A stretch of DNA of 64,000 nucleotides from Octopus sinensis (GCF_006345805.1 NC_043026.1:12875579-12939578), one strand, 5' to 3'; positions 25,237-38,134 are shown, counted from the first letter of the stretch. Notes: generated by a model not told the origin, from the sequence alone. Translations and numbers: made by a program.

Positions 25237-25269
25237 GTGTATATAGATAAACAAGACTTGCTTGGAGAC

Positions 25270-25585
25270 TTGCATTCGGTACGATATGTTTATTTTGGTA
25301 GTTTTGACTTTAAGAGTCCCTCCTAGCGTGGGGCATTTATGTGTAATAATGCCCTCTATATAATATATATATATATATTTGCATTCGGTACGATATGTTT
25401 ATTTAGGTAGTTTGACTTTAAGAGTCCCTCCTAGCGTGCTGCATTTATGTGTAATAATGCCCTCTATATAATATATATAAATATATATATTTGCATTCGG
25501 TACGATATGTTTATTTTGGTAGTTTTGACTTTAAGAGTCCCTCCTAGCGTGGGGCATTTATGTGTAACACTGCCCTCTATATAAT
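25270..25585. repeat. ~110-bp tandem repeat x3
   Basis: ttgcattcggtacgatatg... starts near 25270, 25379 and 25491. Confidence 0.88.
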
Positions 25586-25687
25586 ACAAATAAATAAATC
25601 CAAGTGGAAAAAATTTACAGATTTTTTTCTCTTATGAAGATTTTATCCTATTTCTAAATTATAGATAAACATGTATGTATATCTTAC

Positions 25688-25855
25688 CTGTTATACAAAT
25701 CAGTATTTAGTGCGAAAATAGATTTGATTTCACCAAATCTCTGTCAAGAGAAGCAAGACACATCGATGCTGTTCTCGGCATCCAAAAGGTTTGCAGCGGA
25801 AATGGAAGCACTTAGCATCAAGGGACAAAACTACCGTCTCCGCTCTCTAGTAATG
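25688..25855 (-). promoter_or_regulatory. Putative promoter and non-coding exon 1 of gene F (cassette type 2)
   Basis: Donor cag|gtaagat. Reverse-complement homologue of 34962-35116. Confidence 0.6.
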
Positions 25856-26021
25856 TCTAATTTAATCAACTTCATCACCTGCTAATTGTCTAATTTAATC
25901 TGTTTTAATCTAACTTAATCTATTTTAATCTAATTTAATCGTTTGCACGCCTAAACTGAGGTAAAGTGAGTAATGATTAATATAAGTACGGTCTTCTCTT
26001 TAACTGCGTGGAATGTGAATA

Positions 26022-26775
26022 TATCTGTTTCTTTATTGCCCTCAAAGGGGCTAAACACAGAGGGAGCAAACAAGGACACACAAAGGGATTGAGTCGATTA
26101 TATCGACCCCAGTGCGCAACTGGTACTTAATTTATCGACCCCGAAAGGATGAAAGGCAAAGTCGACCTCGGCGGAATTTGAACTCTGAACGTAACGGCAG
26201 ACGAAATACCTATTTCTTTGCTACCCACAAGGGGCTAAACACAGAGAGAACAGACAAAGGGATTAAATCGATCACATCGACCCCAGTGCGCAACTGGTAC
26301 TTAATTTATCGACCCCGAAAGGATGAAAGGCAAAGTCGACCTCGGCGGAATTTGAACTCTGAACGTAACGGCAGACGAAATACCTATTTCTTTACTACCC
26401 ACAAGGGGCTAAACACAGACGGGACAAACAAGGACAGACACACGGATTAAATCGATTACATCGACCCCAGTGCGTAACTGGTACTTAATTTATCGACCCT
26501 GAAAGGACGAAAGGCAAAGTCGACCTCGGCGGAATTTGAACTCTGAACGTAACGACAGACGAAATACCTATTTCTTTACTACCCACAAGGGGCCAAACAC
26601 AGACGGGACAAACAAGGACAGACAAAACGGATTAAGTCGATTACATCGACTTCTTCGACTGCATGAGGAAATTAAATTTTCAACCTCGGCGGAATTTGAA
26701 CTTTGAACGTAAAGGCAGACGAAATACAGCTACGCATTTCGCCCGGCGCGCTAACGATTCTGCCAGCTCGCCGCC
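26022..26775 (-). repeat. Tandem array of SINE family B (~3.5 units plus a head fragment)
   Basis: Reverse complement of the 470-1620 unit. Confidence 0.8.
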
Positions 26776-26992
26776 TTTGAATCTGTGAATATATCGTAAA
26801 GAGGGACCTACTTCAGATCGCGAAGAGGTTGTGGAGAATATTTTACGTTGATTTCTGTATTTATTTAGTCGAGTTTCCTTAATTTCATATCGTACCATTT
26901 TCACCAGATTTAGTTTTCGTTTGACCAAAATACTAAAAGTTTTTATGCATCTCACTTTTTCTGCCAATCCTCTACCATAACCAAATTTGGTC

Positions 26993-27188
26993 GGTACTAC
27001 TTAAGAAGAGTGGTCCCGGTGCGCGCACTCACGTACTCACGCATCCGGGCTAGCTAGTCGTGACTGGTCGATCCTTACTTTGTGTTTTTGTGTTTTATTT
27101 ACTTTGCTAGGTAGTCGTTGTAGGATCGACTGGTCACGACTAGGCTACGCGAGTGCGCGCACCGGGACCACTCTTTTTAAGTAGTATC
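26993..27188. mobile_element. MITE with long TIRs and 9-bp TSD (Merlin- or Mutator-like)
   Basis: ggtactacttaagaagagtggtcccggtgcgcgcactc / gagtgcgcgcaccgggaccactctttttaagtagtatc. TSD aatttggtc / aacttggtc. Confidence 0.8.
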
Positions 27189-27908
27189 AACTTGGTCTCC
27201 TAGAACCCCCTGGGATTTGAGAGTGTCTGATTCTCCTGTGTCCTGAGTGATTATTGTTCCTGCACATTTGCCACATACAAAGACGGCCTCATCTCTTACT
27301 CTGCATGTAATTCCACTGTACCTCTTATATGTCCATAGCTTACACTAGGTGTAGTGAATAGAATTACTTACAATTCCGTTTTTTTCATAACGAGCATGGC
27401 CGTTTTACCTGACGGAAACTCTTTACTCTTTTGCTTCTTTCAGTCATTTGACTGCGGCCATGCTGGAGCACCGCCTTCAGTCGAGCAAATCGACCCAGGG
27501 ACTTATTCTTTTGTAAGCCCAGTACTTATTCTATCGGTCTCCTTTTGCCGAACCGCTAAGTAACGGGGACATAAACACGCCAGCATCGGTTGTCGAGCAA
27601 TGCTTGGGGGGACAAACACAGACACACACGCATATATATACACATATATACGACGGGCTTCTTTCAGTTTCCGTCAACCAAATCCACTCACAAGGCTTTG
27701 GTCGGCCCGAGGCTATAGTAGAAGACACTTGCCCAAGGTGCCACGCAGTGAGACTGAACCCGGAACCATGTGGTTGGTAGACAAGCTACTTACCACACAG
27801 CCACTCCTGAGTCTTATCTGCTGTCTTTGCTAACAACAACATCACTAGGTTAACTTTAAGGTCCTTTGATTCCAGGTTTTGCTTCTGTGCCTGAAATTTC
27901 TTTCCCAG

Positions 27909-28225
27909 ATATGAGGAACATTAATCACTTGGACATTCCTAACACAACCGTTTTTAACAATTTACGTACATTTAGAGAGACATGGAAGTGAGAAAGCTGT
28001 AGCGAAATATATGCCTGAATTGTGGTTGTGAGATTTGTAGGGAATACATTCTCTTTAGAACGTGAAATCTTCATACACAAAGAAATACAGAGGAAGGGAA
28101 AATTCTCATCTTGTCATTGACAAATATAGTCACACTAGAGAGAAACCCTTCCACTGTGCAAGATGTGTGACATGATTTTCTTTTCAATCTGTTCTTCTTA
28201 GCCATAAACAGTCATGCAGAAGACA
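27909..28225 (+). pseudogene. Decayed C2H2 zinc-finger exon
   Basis: Candidate acceptor tttcccag at 27908. Frameshifted CEIC(G)NTFSLEREIFIHKEIQ and HTREKPFHC...FQSVLLSHKQSC. Confidence 0.55.
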
Positions 28226-28471
28226 GATGTTAGAATTATGAAACGCATAAATAGTCTATACAAAGACAAAATTGTTTTAACTTTCTACCATTCTATGGCG
28301 CAGGAGTGGCTGTGTGGTAAGTAGCTTGTTTACCAACCACACAGTTCCGGGTTCAGTCCCACTGTGTGGCACCTTGGGCAAGTGTCTTCTACTATAGCCT
28401 CGGGCCGACCAAAGCCTTGTGAGTGGATTGGGTAGAAGGAAACTGAAAGAAGCCCGTCGTATATATATGTA

Positions 28472-30146
28472 CACTTGCGTCGGAAATTAATTAGCACTTC
28501 TCAAATTTCTACATTTTCTTACATTTTCTTAATTTAATTAACTTATTATCAGAAACGAACTCGTTTTTAATCAAAAATTTATTAAAACATATCCCAGCAC
28601 ACCACATAATTGTTATTAATCGTGAAATTTAGTCAATATCTTGTTGCTCCTCCTTTGGCAGCAATGACAGCTGCTACGCGGGTCGGCATGCTGTCTATGA
28701 GTGCCTGCAGGTACTGTGCAGGGATGGCCCTCCATGCAGCAAGAAGTGCCCCAAACAGCTTGTGTCGGTTCCTGTATTGCTGCACATTCAAATCCCTACC
28801 CAATCGACTCCAGAGGTTCTCAATAGGGTTCAGGTCAGGTGACTGGCCAGACCAGTCCATGACCGTCACCCCATGGTCCTTGGCGAAACTGGTTGTGAGC
28901 TTGGCTGTGTGGGAAGGCGCGTTGTCCTGCTGGAGCACGTACTCCTCGCCACCAAAGAGGTATCCCGTACTATCTCAACGTACTTTGCTGCGTTGATGTT
29001 GCCTTCGACGGCATAGAGCCGCCCAACACCACTGTAGCTGAACGCCCCTCACACCATCAGACCACCCCCACCATGCTTCATGGTGGGAGCAATGCAGTCT
29101 TTGTTGAAGCGCTCACCCCTGCGGTGTCACACATGGACAGGCTTGTCACTGACGAGACTGAATTGCGACTCGTCAGTGAACATCACTGTCCACTACTGCT
29201 GCACAGTCCATGTGTTGTGGGCTGTAAGGAGCGGCTTATGGGCGGCCCTACAGGATTTTAGACCAGCTTCCAGTAATCTGGTCTTGACGGTAGTTGTAGA
29301 CAACTGCTTCCCTGTCATCTTTTGCATCTCCTCCGCCAGTTGCTGGCCCGTTGCCCTTCGGTTGTACAGTAACTTTTGGATCAGCATCCGGTCCTTCCGC
29401 TGGGTCGTCAGCCTCTTCCGTCCCCTACCCTTTTTGTCAGCTGCTGATCCGGTTTCCTCGTATTTCTTAAATTAGCACTGAATTGTGCGCCTGGCTACAC
29501 CAAGTTTTCTGGCTATTGCAGCCTCCGACAGTTTCCCACGCCACGAGAGAGCCTCGTACCGTCTCTCCAAGGTCATGCGAGGTCTTGGGCCCATCTAGGA
29601 ATGAACGATAAAAACCAGTTATTTTCATTAAAACTATTCATTTGAATAATGTTATGCTATAACAAAACTGCTATGAGTTATTATTCATTAAACAAAAAAG
29701 AAAGAAAGCAGAATTTCTCACCTTATTTGATGTATAACAGAAAGTTTTGTGAACCGGAAGTGACATCATCAAGCAGAGTGTAGGAGAATTTGTGAGGAAA
29801 AAAAATCTTGCAAATACACAAATCAATTAACCTACGAGCTGTTCAAAACGTCTTACGCGATGAGAAAACTTAGTACGGTGTGATTTCGGTCCTTGCGAGG
29901 CGCTACCTATATCTATTAAACAAAGGAAGATTTGTCTGCATCCGCACTCCAAGTTGTTGTTGCACTGCTATGTCAACATCATTAGGCTGTAGACTCTCAA
30001 ACTGCTCTGCAAACAAAGTTACGTCATCGTTCTGCGCAACAGTGAACTCACAACAAAGCAATAGTTTGAGATATGGCCACTAGGTGACAGCAAATACCTT
30101 GAGTGAAGAGCAAATCAAGGGTGCTAATTAATTTCTGACGGTAGTG
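28472..30146 (-). mobile_element. Full-length Tc1-family DNA transposon with disrupted DD34E transposase (ATG 29594 to stop 28633)
   Basis: 26-bp TIRs cacttgcgtcggaaattaattagcac / gtgctaattaatttctgacggtagtg, TA flanks. QQDNAPSH..34 aa..SPDLNPIENLW, GRKR/HTH N-terminus, internal stop and frameshifts. Confidence 0.92.
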
Positions 30147-31358
30147 TATATAGACGTAGGAGTGGCTGTGTGGTAAGTAGCTTGCTTACCAACAGCAAAT
30201 GAGGAGATCAAATTTTCCAGTAAGAAACTTCTTTACGACTATTTACCGTTCTAGGTTTAGTATAGTCCTTAAGAATGTTGGTTTTCTCTATTTGGCAGAG
30301 TTTGAGGAGCTGTCCACAAGGCTTTGACTTTTCATCATCATCATCATTTAACGTCCGCTTTCCATACTAGCATGGGTTGGATGGTTCAACTGGGGTCTGG
30401 GGAGCCTGAAGGCTGCACCAGGCCAGTCAGATCTGGCAGTGTTTCTACAGCTGGATGCCCTTCCTAACGCCAACCACTCCGAGAGTGTAGTGGGTGATTT
30501 TATGTGCCACCGACACAGGTGCCAGACGAGGCTGGCGAACGGCCATGCTCGGATGGTGCTTTTTTTGTGCCACCGACACAGGTGCCAGACGAGGCTGGCG
30601 GACGGCCACGCTCGGATGGTGTTTTTTAAGTGCCACCGACACAGGTGCCAGACGAGGCTGGCGGACGCCCACACTCGGATGGTGTTTTTTATGTGCCACC
30701 GACACAGGTGCCAGACGAGGCTGGCGAACGGCCACACTCGGATGGTGTTTTTTATGTGCCACCGACACATAAATGTATATATGTGTCGGTGGCACATATA
30801 TACAAGCATACACACAATGTGAAGGTGTGACTGTAATTTATGAATATGTAGATTTCACCCAATGTTATATGATGTCATTTGTTAATTAATAAAGAAATGT
30901 TGTAACATTTCTCTTTTGATCTTTCCTCTCTATCTAATTCTGTTTCTTTATCATTTCAGATTTACGGATGACATTGGCATCAAAGAAATTTCCTTTTATA
31001 ATGAATACATCTTCAACATTTTTCATCTTTTAAAGTCTTGAGGAAAAGTTTACACAGAACGCATCTAAGCCTATTTCTATAAATCTTTGGTAGAAATTCT
31101 ATGAAATGTTTGCTCTGAACTGAGATTAATAGAAACATTTTTCTATTTCATTAGCTGATGCTTTGCATTCTCGTTACTCTTTGATGACTTTCTAAATTTA
31201 TAGCATCTTTAGATATCAGTGAAGCTCACAGTTGATCACACTGAAAATATTTGTAAGGAATAAACTATAAAAAGAAGAAGAAGAAGGAGAAATACACAGG
31301 AAAAATTTAATGTGGTGAGAAACTTCAAGGTCTGGATCTATTTTCATTTGTCTAAGAG

Positions 31359-32807
31359 ATGTCGGAAGGTATCCAAAAATCATATCCTTCTGATATTTGT
31401 GATAAATCATTCTCTCAGAGTAGTCACTTAAAGACACACAAACATATTCACACAGGAGAAAAACCATTTCACTGTGATATCTGTGGTAAATCATTCTCTC
31501 AAAGTGGTAGCTTAACTGCACACAAACGTATTCACACAGGAGAGAAACCATTTCACTGTGATATTTGTGGTAAATCATTCTCTCAAAGTATTCACTTAAC
31601 TATACACACACGTACTCACACAGGAGAAATACCATTTCACTGTGATATTTGTGGTAAATCCTTCTCTGCAAATGGTAATTTAACTAAACACAAACGCAGT
31701 CATACAGGGGAGAAGCCATATCACTGTGATATTTGTGGCAAATCATTTTCCGATGGAAGCAACTTCATTATTCACAAACGTACTCATACGGGAGAGAAGC
31801 CATTTCAATGTGATATCTGTGGTAAATCATTCTCTGCAAGCAATTCGTTAACCAAACACAAACGCAGTCATACAGGAGAGAAGCCATTCCATTGTGATAT
31901 CTGTGGTAAATCATTCTCCAAAAGTGGTTACTTACCAAGTCATATGTGTCTTCATACTGGAGAGAGGCCATATCACTGTGAAATCTGTGGTAAATCATTC
32001 TCTTTAAGTAGTTCCTTAGCAACGCACTTGCATATTCATACAGGAGAGAAGCCATATAATTGTGATATCTGTGGTAAATCATTCTCTACCAAGGGTAACT
32101 TTGCTACTCACAAACGTATTCATACAAGAGAGAGACCTTATCATTGTCATATCTGTGGTAAATCATTTTCTACTCGCAGTAACTTAATTAAACACAAACG
32201 TGTTCATACAGGAGAGAAGCCATATCACTGTGATATCTGTGATAAATCATACTCTGTGAGCAATAATTTAATTAAACACAAGCGCAGTCATACAGGAGAG
32301 AAGCCATATCACTGTGATATCTGTGGTAAAACATCACTTGATAACAGTACCTTAATTACTCACAAACGTACTCACACAGGAGAGAGGCCATTTCACTGTG
32401 ATATCTGTGGTAAATCATTCTCTCAAGGCTGTAATTTAACTATGCACAAACGTACTCACACAGGAGAAATACCATATCACTGTGATATCTGTGGCAAATC
32501 ATTCTCTTCAAGTGGTAATTTAACTAAACACAAACGCAGTCATACAGGGGAGAAGCCATATCACTGTGATATTTGTGGCAAATCATTTTCTGATGGAAGC
32601 AACTTCATTATTCACAATCGTATTCACACAGGAGAGAAGCCATTTCAGTGTGATATCTGTGGCAGATCATTCTCTGCAAACTGTAATTTAACTTCTCACA
32701 AACGTATTCATACGGGAGAGAAACCATTTTGCTGTGATTTCTGTGGTAAATCATTCTCTCAGAAAGGTCAATTAACTAAACACATATCTATCCATACAAA
32801 TATGTGA
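31359..32807 (+). CDS. C2H2 zinc-finger protein G (16 fingers plus a degenerate first finger)
   Basis: 482-aa ORF, acceptor tttcag at 30957-30959. Confidence 0.92.
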   Translation: MSEGIQKSYPSDICDKSFSQSSHLKTHKHIHTGEKPFHCDICGKSFSQSGSLTAHKRIHTGEKPFHCDICGKSFSQSIHLTIHTRTHTGEIPFHCDICGKSFSANGNLTKHKRSHTGEKPYHCDICGKSFSDGSNFIIHKRTHTGEKPFQCDICGKSFSASNSLTKHKRSHTGEKPFHCDICGKSFSKSGYLPSHMCLHTGERPYHCEICGKSFSLSSSLATHLHIHTGEKPYNCDICGKSFSTKGNFATHKRIHTRERPYHCHICGKSFSTRSNLIKHKRVHTGEKPYHCDICDKSYSVSNNLIKHKRSHTGEKPYHCDICGKTSLDNSTLITHKRTHTGERPFHCDICGKSFSQGCNLTMHKRTHTGEIPYHCDICGKSFSSSGNLTKHKRSHTGEKPYHCDICGKSFSDGSNFIIHNRIHTGEKPFQCDICGRSFSANCNLTSHKRIHTGEKPFCCDFCGKSFSQKGQLTKHISIHTNM

Positions 32808-34139
32808 CTCCCTTATTTCTTTACATCACACAGCAACCAACATTTTGAAACCCTTTTTCCTGCTTAATCATAGATTGTCCTTGTGGACTTGACAGTAACC
32901 AATGAGCCCTTGGCAACAATCATAATCATCAGGGTTCCTATTTGAGGTATTGTTACTGATGCCAACCCTTTTCGTAACCACTTACCTGGGATACACATGG
33001 TTTACCTGGACTCTGGCTGTTTCTTAAAATTTTATCGAAGAAATAATTTGTATAACCATATACAAAGACTGAAGATAACCTCCTTTAGAGTAACTGGGTT
33101 TTTGTGAAAGAGCGTTTGTACATCTCTGTAGTCAACATGTTTAGCCATCCATGTACCTACCTGTGATGTACTCAGCCTCTTACACGTTAATTTCAAAGGG
33201 GAGCTGTTCTGTTGGCCGGATCAACAGAAACCCCCTTTTCGTTGTGTGTGTACGTACAAGCATGCATATTTGTTTCTACATATTTTTACACACATACATA
33301 CACATTGAACAAAAGAGTAAGTCTAGAGAGATTCCAGTGATCTGACGAACAAGCTTCCTTTTAGTTTCCATTAATCTATGAATATACAATTGTATTGGAT
33401 AATGCTGAGCAGAAATATTAATAGAAACACGAACACAATTTCTTGCATACTGAAAATATATACTCCATGAAGAAGATTGTGAAATCGTGTGGAGGTGACG
33501 TGGTTAAATAAATATGTCTTCAACACTGAAACTTGCTGACTTGGTTTTTATATGTACCTAAATATGTATGTTTGATTGCTTCTCGTTTATTAATTGCATC
33601 CAAGGTCTTTGTTGATGCTGGGCTTTGATCTTTGTTTGCTTGTTTATTTCAGCTTGCTTCTTATTCCTCTGTGTCAATTTGCTTCTGATGAAGCAATTAG
33701 ATGAACAAAGCTGCTCTTCTTTGTGTTTCTCTAGGCTGTGGGTTCATTTAGTATCTCAGATATAAAGTTGAATACATCGTTAGAGCACATCCAACCCTAC
33801 GCTTAATAAATCTTTCTGGTTTTGTGTCGAGATATTGAAAAGCTGTGGGCCCTGGAAACCCTAAACCGTTGCAGTATTGGATTCTTACCCAAGATGGAAA
33901 GTCCAAGGTGTTTGGTACGATGTAGTGGCGTTCAGTCCAGGTGTTACTATAGGTTTCATTACCAAATTTAGGGGTTGACCCTCCTGAATCTTCCCTACAT
34001 TCAGACATACATTCGAAATATATTCATATATCTATATATATATGGATATACAGATCCACAGGGGAATGAGAGGAGGGAGAAACGCAAGCATAAGAGAGAG
34101 AGGTTAATGTATTTACCTAATTTTATAATAAGAAGTTCC

Positions 34140-34578
34140 AGGACTTGCTTTATACCAATGTGACAATAAAAACTAGAACATCTCTAGACAATGGCCAACG
34201 AGGAAGGATCAATAGCAACCTTGTGAAGACTATAAATCTAGCATTCAGTTCGCTACAACTAGACATGGGACAATGTCCGACAGGCCTTCCCGTGGCACTA
34301 TCAGCCATGAAAGGACTCCCTTCTGTACAGCTACCAACAAGACCCGTCATGAGTGTATGTTAAAATTTACAAGGTCATACACAGTGGGGACCATTCTAGC
34401 TGAATTCCTCCAGAATACTAAAGTACAATACTGCATCATCATATCTCAGAGATAAGGGGGATCCACTTGTAGAAAACGTTAAATTGTTGCAGATGGTTTC
34501 TCCCCGCTTTGCAAGCATACAATTTGGTAACAGACGAATAGATACAGTGTCAACACACAGTCTTGCTGCAGCAGGACA
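34140..34578 (+). mobile_element. Degenerate Gypsy-type integrase C-terminal fragment
   Basis: Frameshifted NGQ..RINSNLVKTINLA...LPVALSAM / CTATNKTRHE..F / DPLVENVKLL...FASIQF....DTVST..LA, resembling Gypsy integrase ends. Confidence 0.6.
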
Positions 34579-34594
34579 ATCTTTCAATCAAGGA

Positions 34595-34892
34595 GGATCT
34601 TTTCGCTTTGACCGGCAGATTTTTTAAATAATTTCTTTGTAACTAAAAAATTTTAAACTTCGTATACTGGTAGAATGTGTTTATAAAACATCTTTTTCTC
34701 TTGGCTTTATTGAGAAAATTCTATAGTTTGTAAGATATTTGTTGTTTTTTTCTGCAATAGCAACCAATCAATGACGTCTATTGAGGTGAAAACATTCTGT
34801 GCCGTATAAATATGTCCCAGTATACGAAGTTTAAAATTTTTTAGTTACGTGAAAATTATTTTAAAAAACTGCCGTTCAAACAGAAAAGACCC
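34595..34892. mobile_element. GG..CC-ended MITE with long TIRs
   Basis: ggatcttttcgctttgaccggcag...aaacttcgtatactgg / ccagtatacgaagttt...ctgccgttcaaacagaaaagaccc. Confidence 0.75.
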
Positions 34893-34961
34893 CAAAATAC
34901 TATTATCTTTCATTTTCTTTTTTTTTTTCAATCTTTTATTTTTATACTTTTTTGCTTTACT

Positions 34962-35116
34962 TTACTAGAGAGCGGAGACTATGGTTGTGTCCCTTGGGTC
35001 TCTTTACTTCCGTTTCCGTTGCAAGAACTACAGAAACGTGTTTTGTATCTTTTGATGGAAATTTGGTAAAATCGAATCTGTTTTCGCACTAAATATTAAT
35101 TTGTATATTATAACAG
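34962..35116 (+). promoter_or_regulatory. Putative promoter and non-coding exon 1 of gene H (cassette type 2)
   Basis: ttactagagagcggagac, tandem cttccgtttccg, donor cag|gtaaga at 35117. Matching acceptor at 36747-36749. Confidence 0.6.
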
Positions 35117-35583
35117 GTAAGATATAGAGGTGGAGGTAAAAGAATACGCACATCACCCGTTTTCGGCGTAACCTTTGACCTTCGCCAGATATATTCTCTT
35201 TCACTCTTTTACTTGTTTCAGTCATTTGACTGTGGCCATGCTGGAGCACCGCCTTTAGTCGAGCAAATCGACCCCGGGACTTATTCTTTTGTAAGCCCAG
35301 TACTTATTCCATCGGTCTCTTTCGCCGAATCGCTAAGTAACGGGGACATAAACACACCAGCATCGGTTGTCAAGCAATGCTAGGGGAACAAACACAGACA
35401 CACACACCTATATATATATATATACGACAGGCTTCTTTCAGTTTCCGTCTACCAAATCCACTTACAAGGCATTGGTCGGCCCGAGGCTATAGTAGAAGAC
35501 TCTTGCCCAAGGTGCCACGCAGTGGGACTGAACCCGGAACCATGTGGTTGGTAAGCAAGCTACTTACCACACAGCCACTCCTG

Positions 35584-35630
<47 letters not shown>

Positions 35631-36424
35631 CTATATCTATTATATACACAGTAGCGGATCTCTTATCCGGCTTCTAGAAATCCCGGAATACTCGGCAGTA
35701 ATATGTATTATACACGTGCAATTTCATCATTTCTTTAGTCGTAACCGACAGGAAAAATCCGAATAGCAGGAGACTCAACCAGAATATATTCTGGTATGGA
35801 GTTCCCTTTTTTGCGCCTCCCCACTCTATACCTTTCAAATATTCCCCCTCAGTACTTTTTTTTATTTGACATAACTAGAGACCTGTACCCGCCCCCGGGT
35901 TTGTTGCCTCATAATTTCCAGAAAAATGGATACTTTTTAACGAAATTTCCAACAAATAACGCTTAGATTGTGTGGATTCAGAGTATATACTCTCTTTTCC
36001 TTGTTTTCAGTCATGTGACTGTGGCCATGCTGGAGCACCGCCTTTAGCCGAGCAAATCGACCCCAGGACTTATTTCTTTGTAAGCCTAGTACTTATTCTG
36101 TCGGTCTCTTTTGCCGAACTGCTAAGTTACAGGGACGTAAACACACGAGCATCGGTTGTCAAGCCTTGTTGGGGGGGGGGTCAAACACAACACACAAACA
36201 TATAGCTGGTAGAAACGTTAGCACGTCGGGCGAAATTCGTAGCCGTATTTCGTCTGTCGTTACGTTCCGAGTTCAAATTCCGCCGAGGTCGACTTTGCCT
36301 TTCATCCTTTCGGGGTCGATAAATTAAGTACCAGTTACGCACTGGGGTCGATGTAGTCGACTTAATCCCTTTGTCTGTCCTTGTTTGTCCCCTCTGTGTT
36401 TAGCCCCTTGTGGGTAGTAAAGAA

Positions 36425-36455
<31 letters not shown>

Positions 36456-37084
36456 TACGACGAGCTTCTTTTAGTTTCCGTCTACCAAATCCACTCACAA
36501 GGCTTTGGTCGGCCCGAGGCTATAACAGAAGACACTTGCCCAAGGTGCCACGCAGTGGGACTGAACCTGGAACCATGTGGTTGGTAAGCAAGCTACTTAC
36601 CACACAGCCACTCCTACGCCTATATAGGGATTTATAGGAAAGAATTTAAAAACTTTTTTCATAATATGATCTCCCCCCTACCCGTTATTTTGAACATTTC
36701 CATTTTGATCTCTCCTCTCTATCTAAATACTGTTTCTTTATTATTTCAGATTTACAGATGACATTGGCACCAAACGACTTCTTTACATTGGAGACATCTG
36801 GAATATTTATCAGTTTTTTAAAAAACTAAAGGAAAACTTTTTAGAGAACAGACATAATAACCCAACTGCTATAAATCTGGGATTGAATTACTGTGAAATA
36901 TTTGCCCTGAGTGAAGATTCATAGCAACATTTGCCCATCTCGTTATCTGGGGCTTTTGCATTCTAATTGAACTTGTATATCTTTGCAAAGGTTTTGACAG
37001 CATCTTTAGATATCAGTGAAGATCAAGGTTGATACCAGTGAGAAAAGAAAGATAAGGAAAACTTTAATACTGTGGGAAACTTCA

Positions 37085-38134
37085 ATGATTGGGTCTAAAG
37101 GAATGTCGGATGAAGCAGAAAAGTCATTATATCATTGTGACACTTGTGATAAATCATTCTCTGAAAAATGTAACTTAAATATTCACAAATGTATACATAC
37201 CAGGGAAAAGCCCTTTCATTGCAATATCTGTGGTAAATCATACTCACAAAAAATTCACCTAACTACTCACAAACGTATTCATACAGGAGAGAAACCATAT
37301 CACTGTGATATCTGTGGTAAATCATTCTCTCGAAATGATAGTTTAAAATATCACAAGCGTACCCATACAGGAGAGAAGCCATATCACTGTGATATCTGCG
37401 GTAAATCATTCTCTGTAAACTGTGCCTTAACATCTCACAGACGTATTCATACTGGAGAGAAACCATTTCACTGTGATTTCTGTGGTAAATCATTCTCTGT
37501 TAAATTTTCCTTAACATCTCACAGACGTATTCATACAGGAGAGAAGCCATATCAGTGTGATTTCTGTGGTACCTCATTCTCTGATGGCAGTCACTTAAGT
37601 AGACACAAACGTATTCACACAGGAGAGAAATCATATCACTGTGACATTTGTGGTAAATCATTCACTCAAATTGATTACTTAACTATGCACAAACGTACTC
37701 ATACAGGAGTGAAACCATATGACTGTGCTATCTGTGGTAAATCATTCTCTGTTAAATTTTCCTTAACATCTCACAGACGTATTCATACTGGAGAGAAACC
37801 ATATCACTGTGATGTCTGTGGTAAATCATTCTCTGTAAACTGTGCCTTAACATCTCACAGACGTATTCATACTGGAGAGAAACCATTTCACTGTGATGTC
37901 TGTGGTAAATCATTCTCTGTAAACTGTGCCTTAACATCTCACAGACGTATTCATACAGGAGAGAAACCATATCACTGTGATGTCTGTGGTAAATCATTCT
38001 CTGTCAGTTGTGCCTTAACAACTCATAAACGTGTCCATACAGGAGAGAAACCATTTCACTGTGATATGTGTGGTCAGTCATTCGCTCAAAAAGGTCACTT
38101 AAATAAACATGTATCAGTCCATACAAAAGTATAA
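37085..38134 (+). CDS. C2H2 zinc-finger protein H (12 fingers)
   Basis: First in-frame ATGs at 37085 and 37103 (the track start is GTG). TGEKP-linked fingers. Confidence 0.9.
   Translation: MIGSKGMSDEAEKSLYHCDTCDKSFSEKCNLNIHKCIHTREKPFHCNICGKSYSQKIHLTTHKRIHTGEKPYHCDICGKSFSRNDSLKYHKRTHTGEKPYHCDICGKSFSVNCALTSHRRIHTGEKPFHCDFCGKSFSVKFSLTSHRRIHTGEKPYQCDFCGTSFSDGSHLSRHKRIHTGEKSYHCDICGKSFTQIDYLTMHKRTHTGVKPYDCAICGKSFSVKFSLTSHRRIHTGEKPYHCDVCGKSFSVNCALTSHRRIHTGEKPFHCDVCGKSFSVNCALTSHRRIHTGEKPYHCDVCGKSFSVSCALTTHKRVHTGEKPFHCDMCGQSFAQKGHLNKHVSVHTKV

Noticed and set aside
31216-32082. MIYHRYH-type ORFs antisense to ZNF genes
   Set aside because: Shadow frames of the 84-bp finger repeat.
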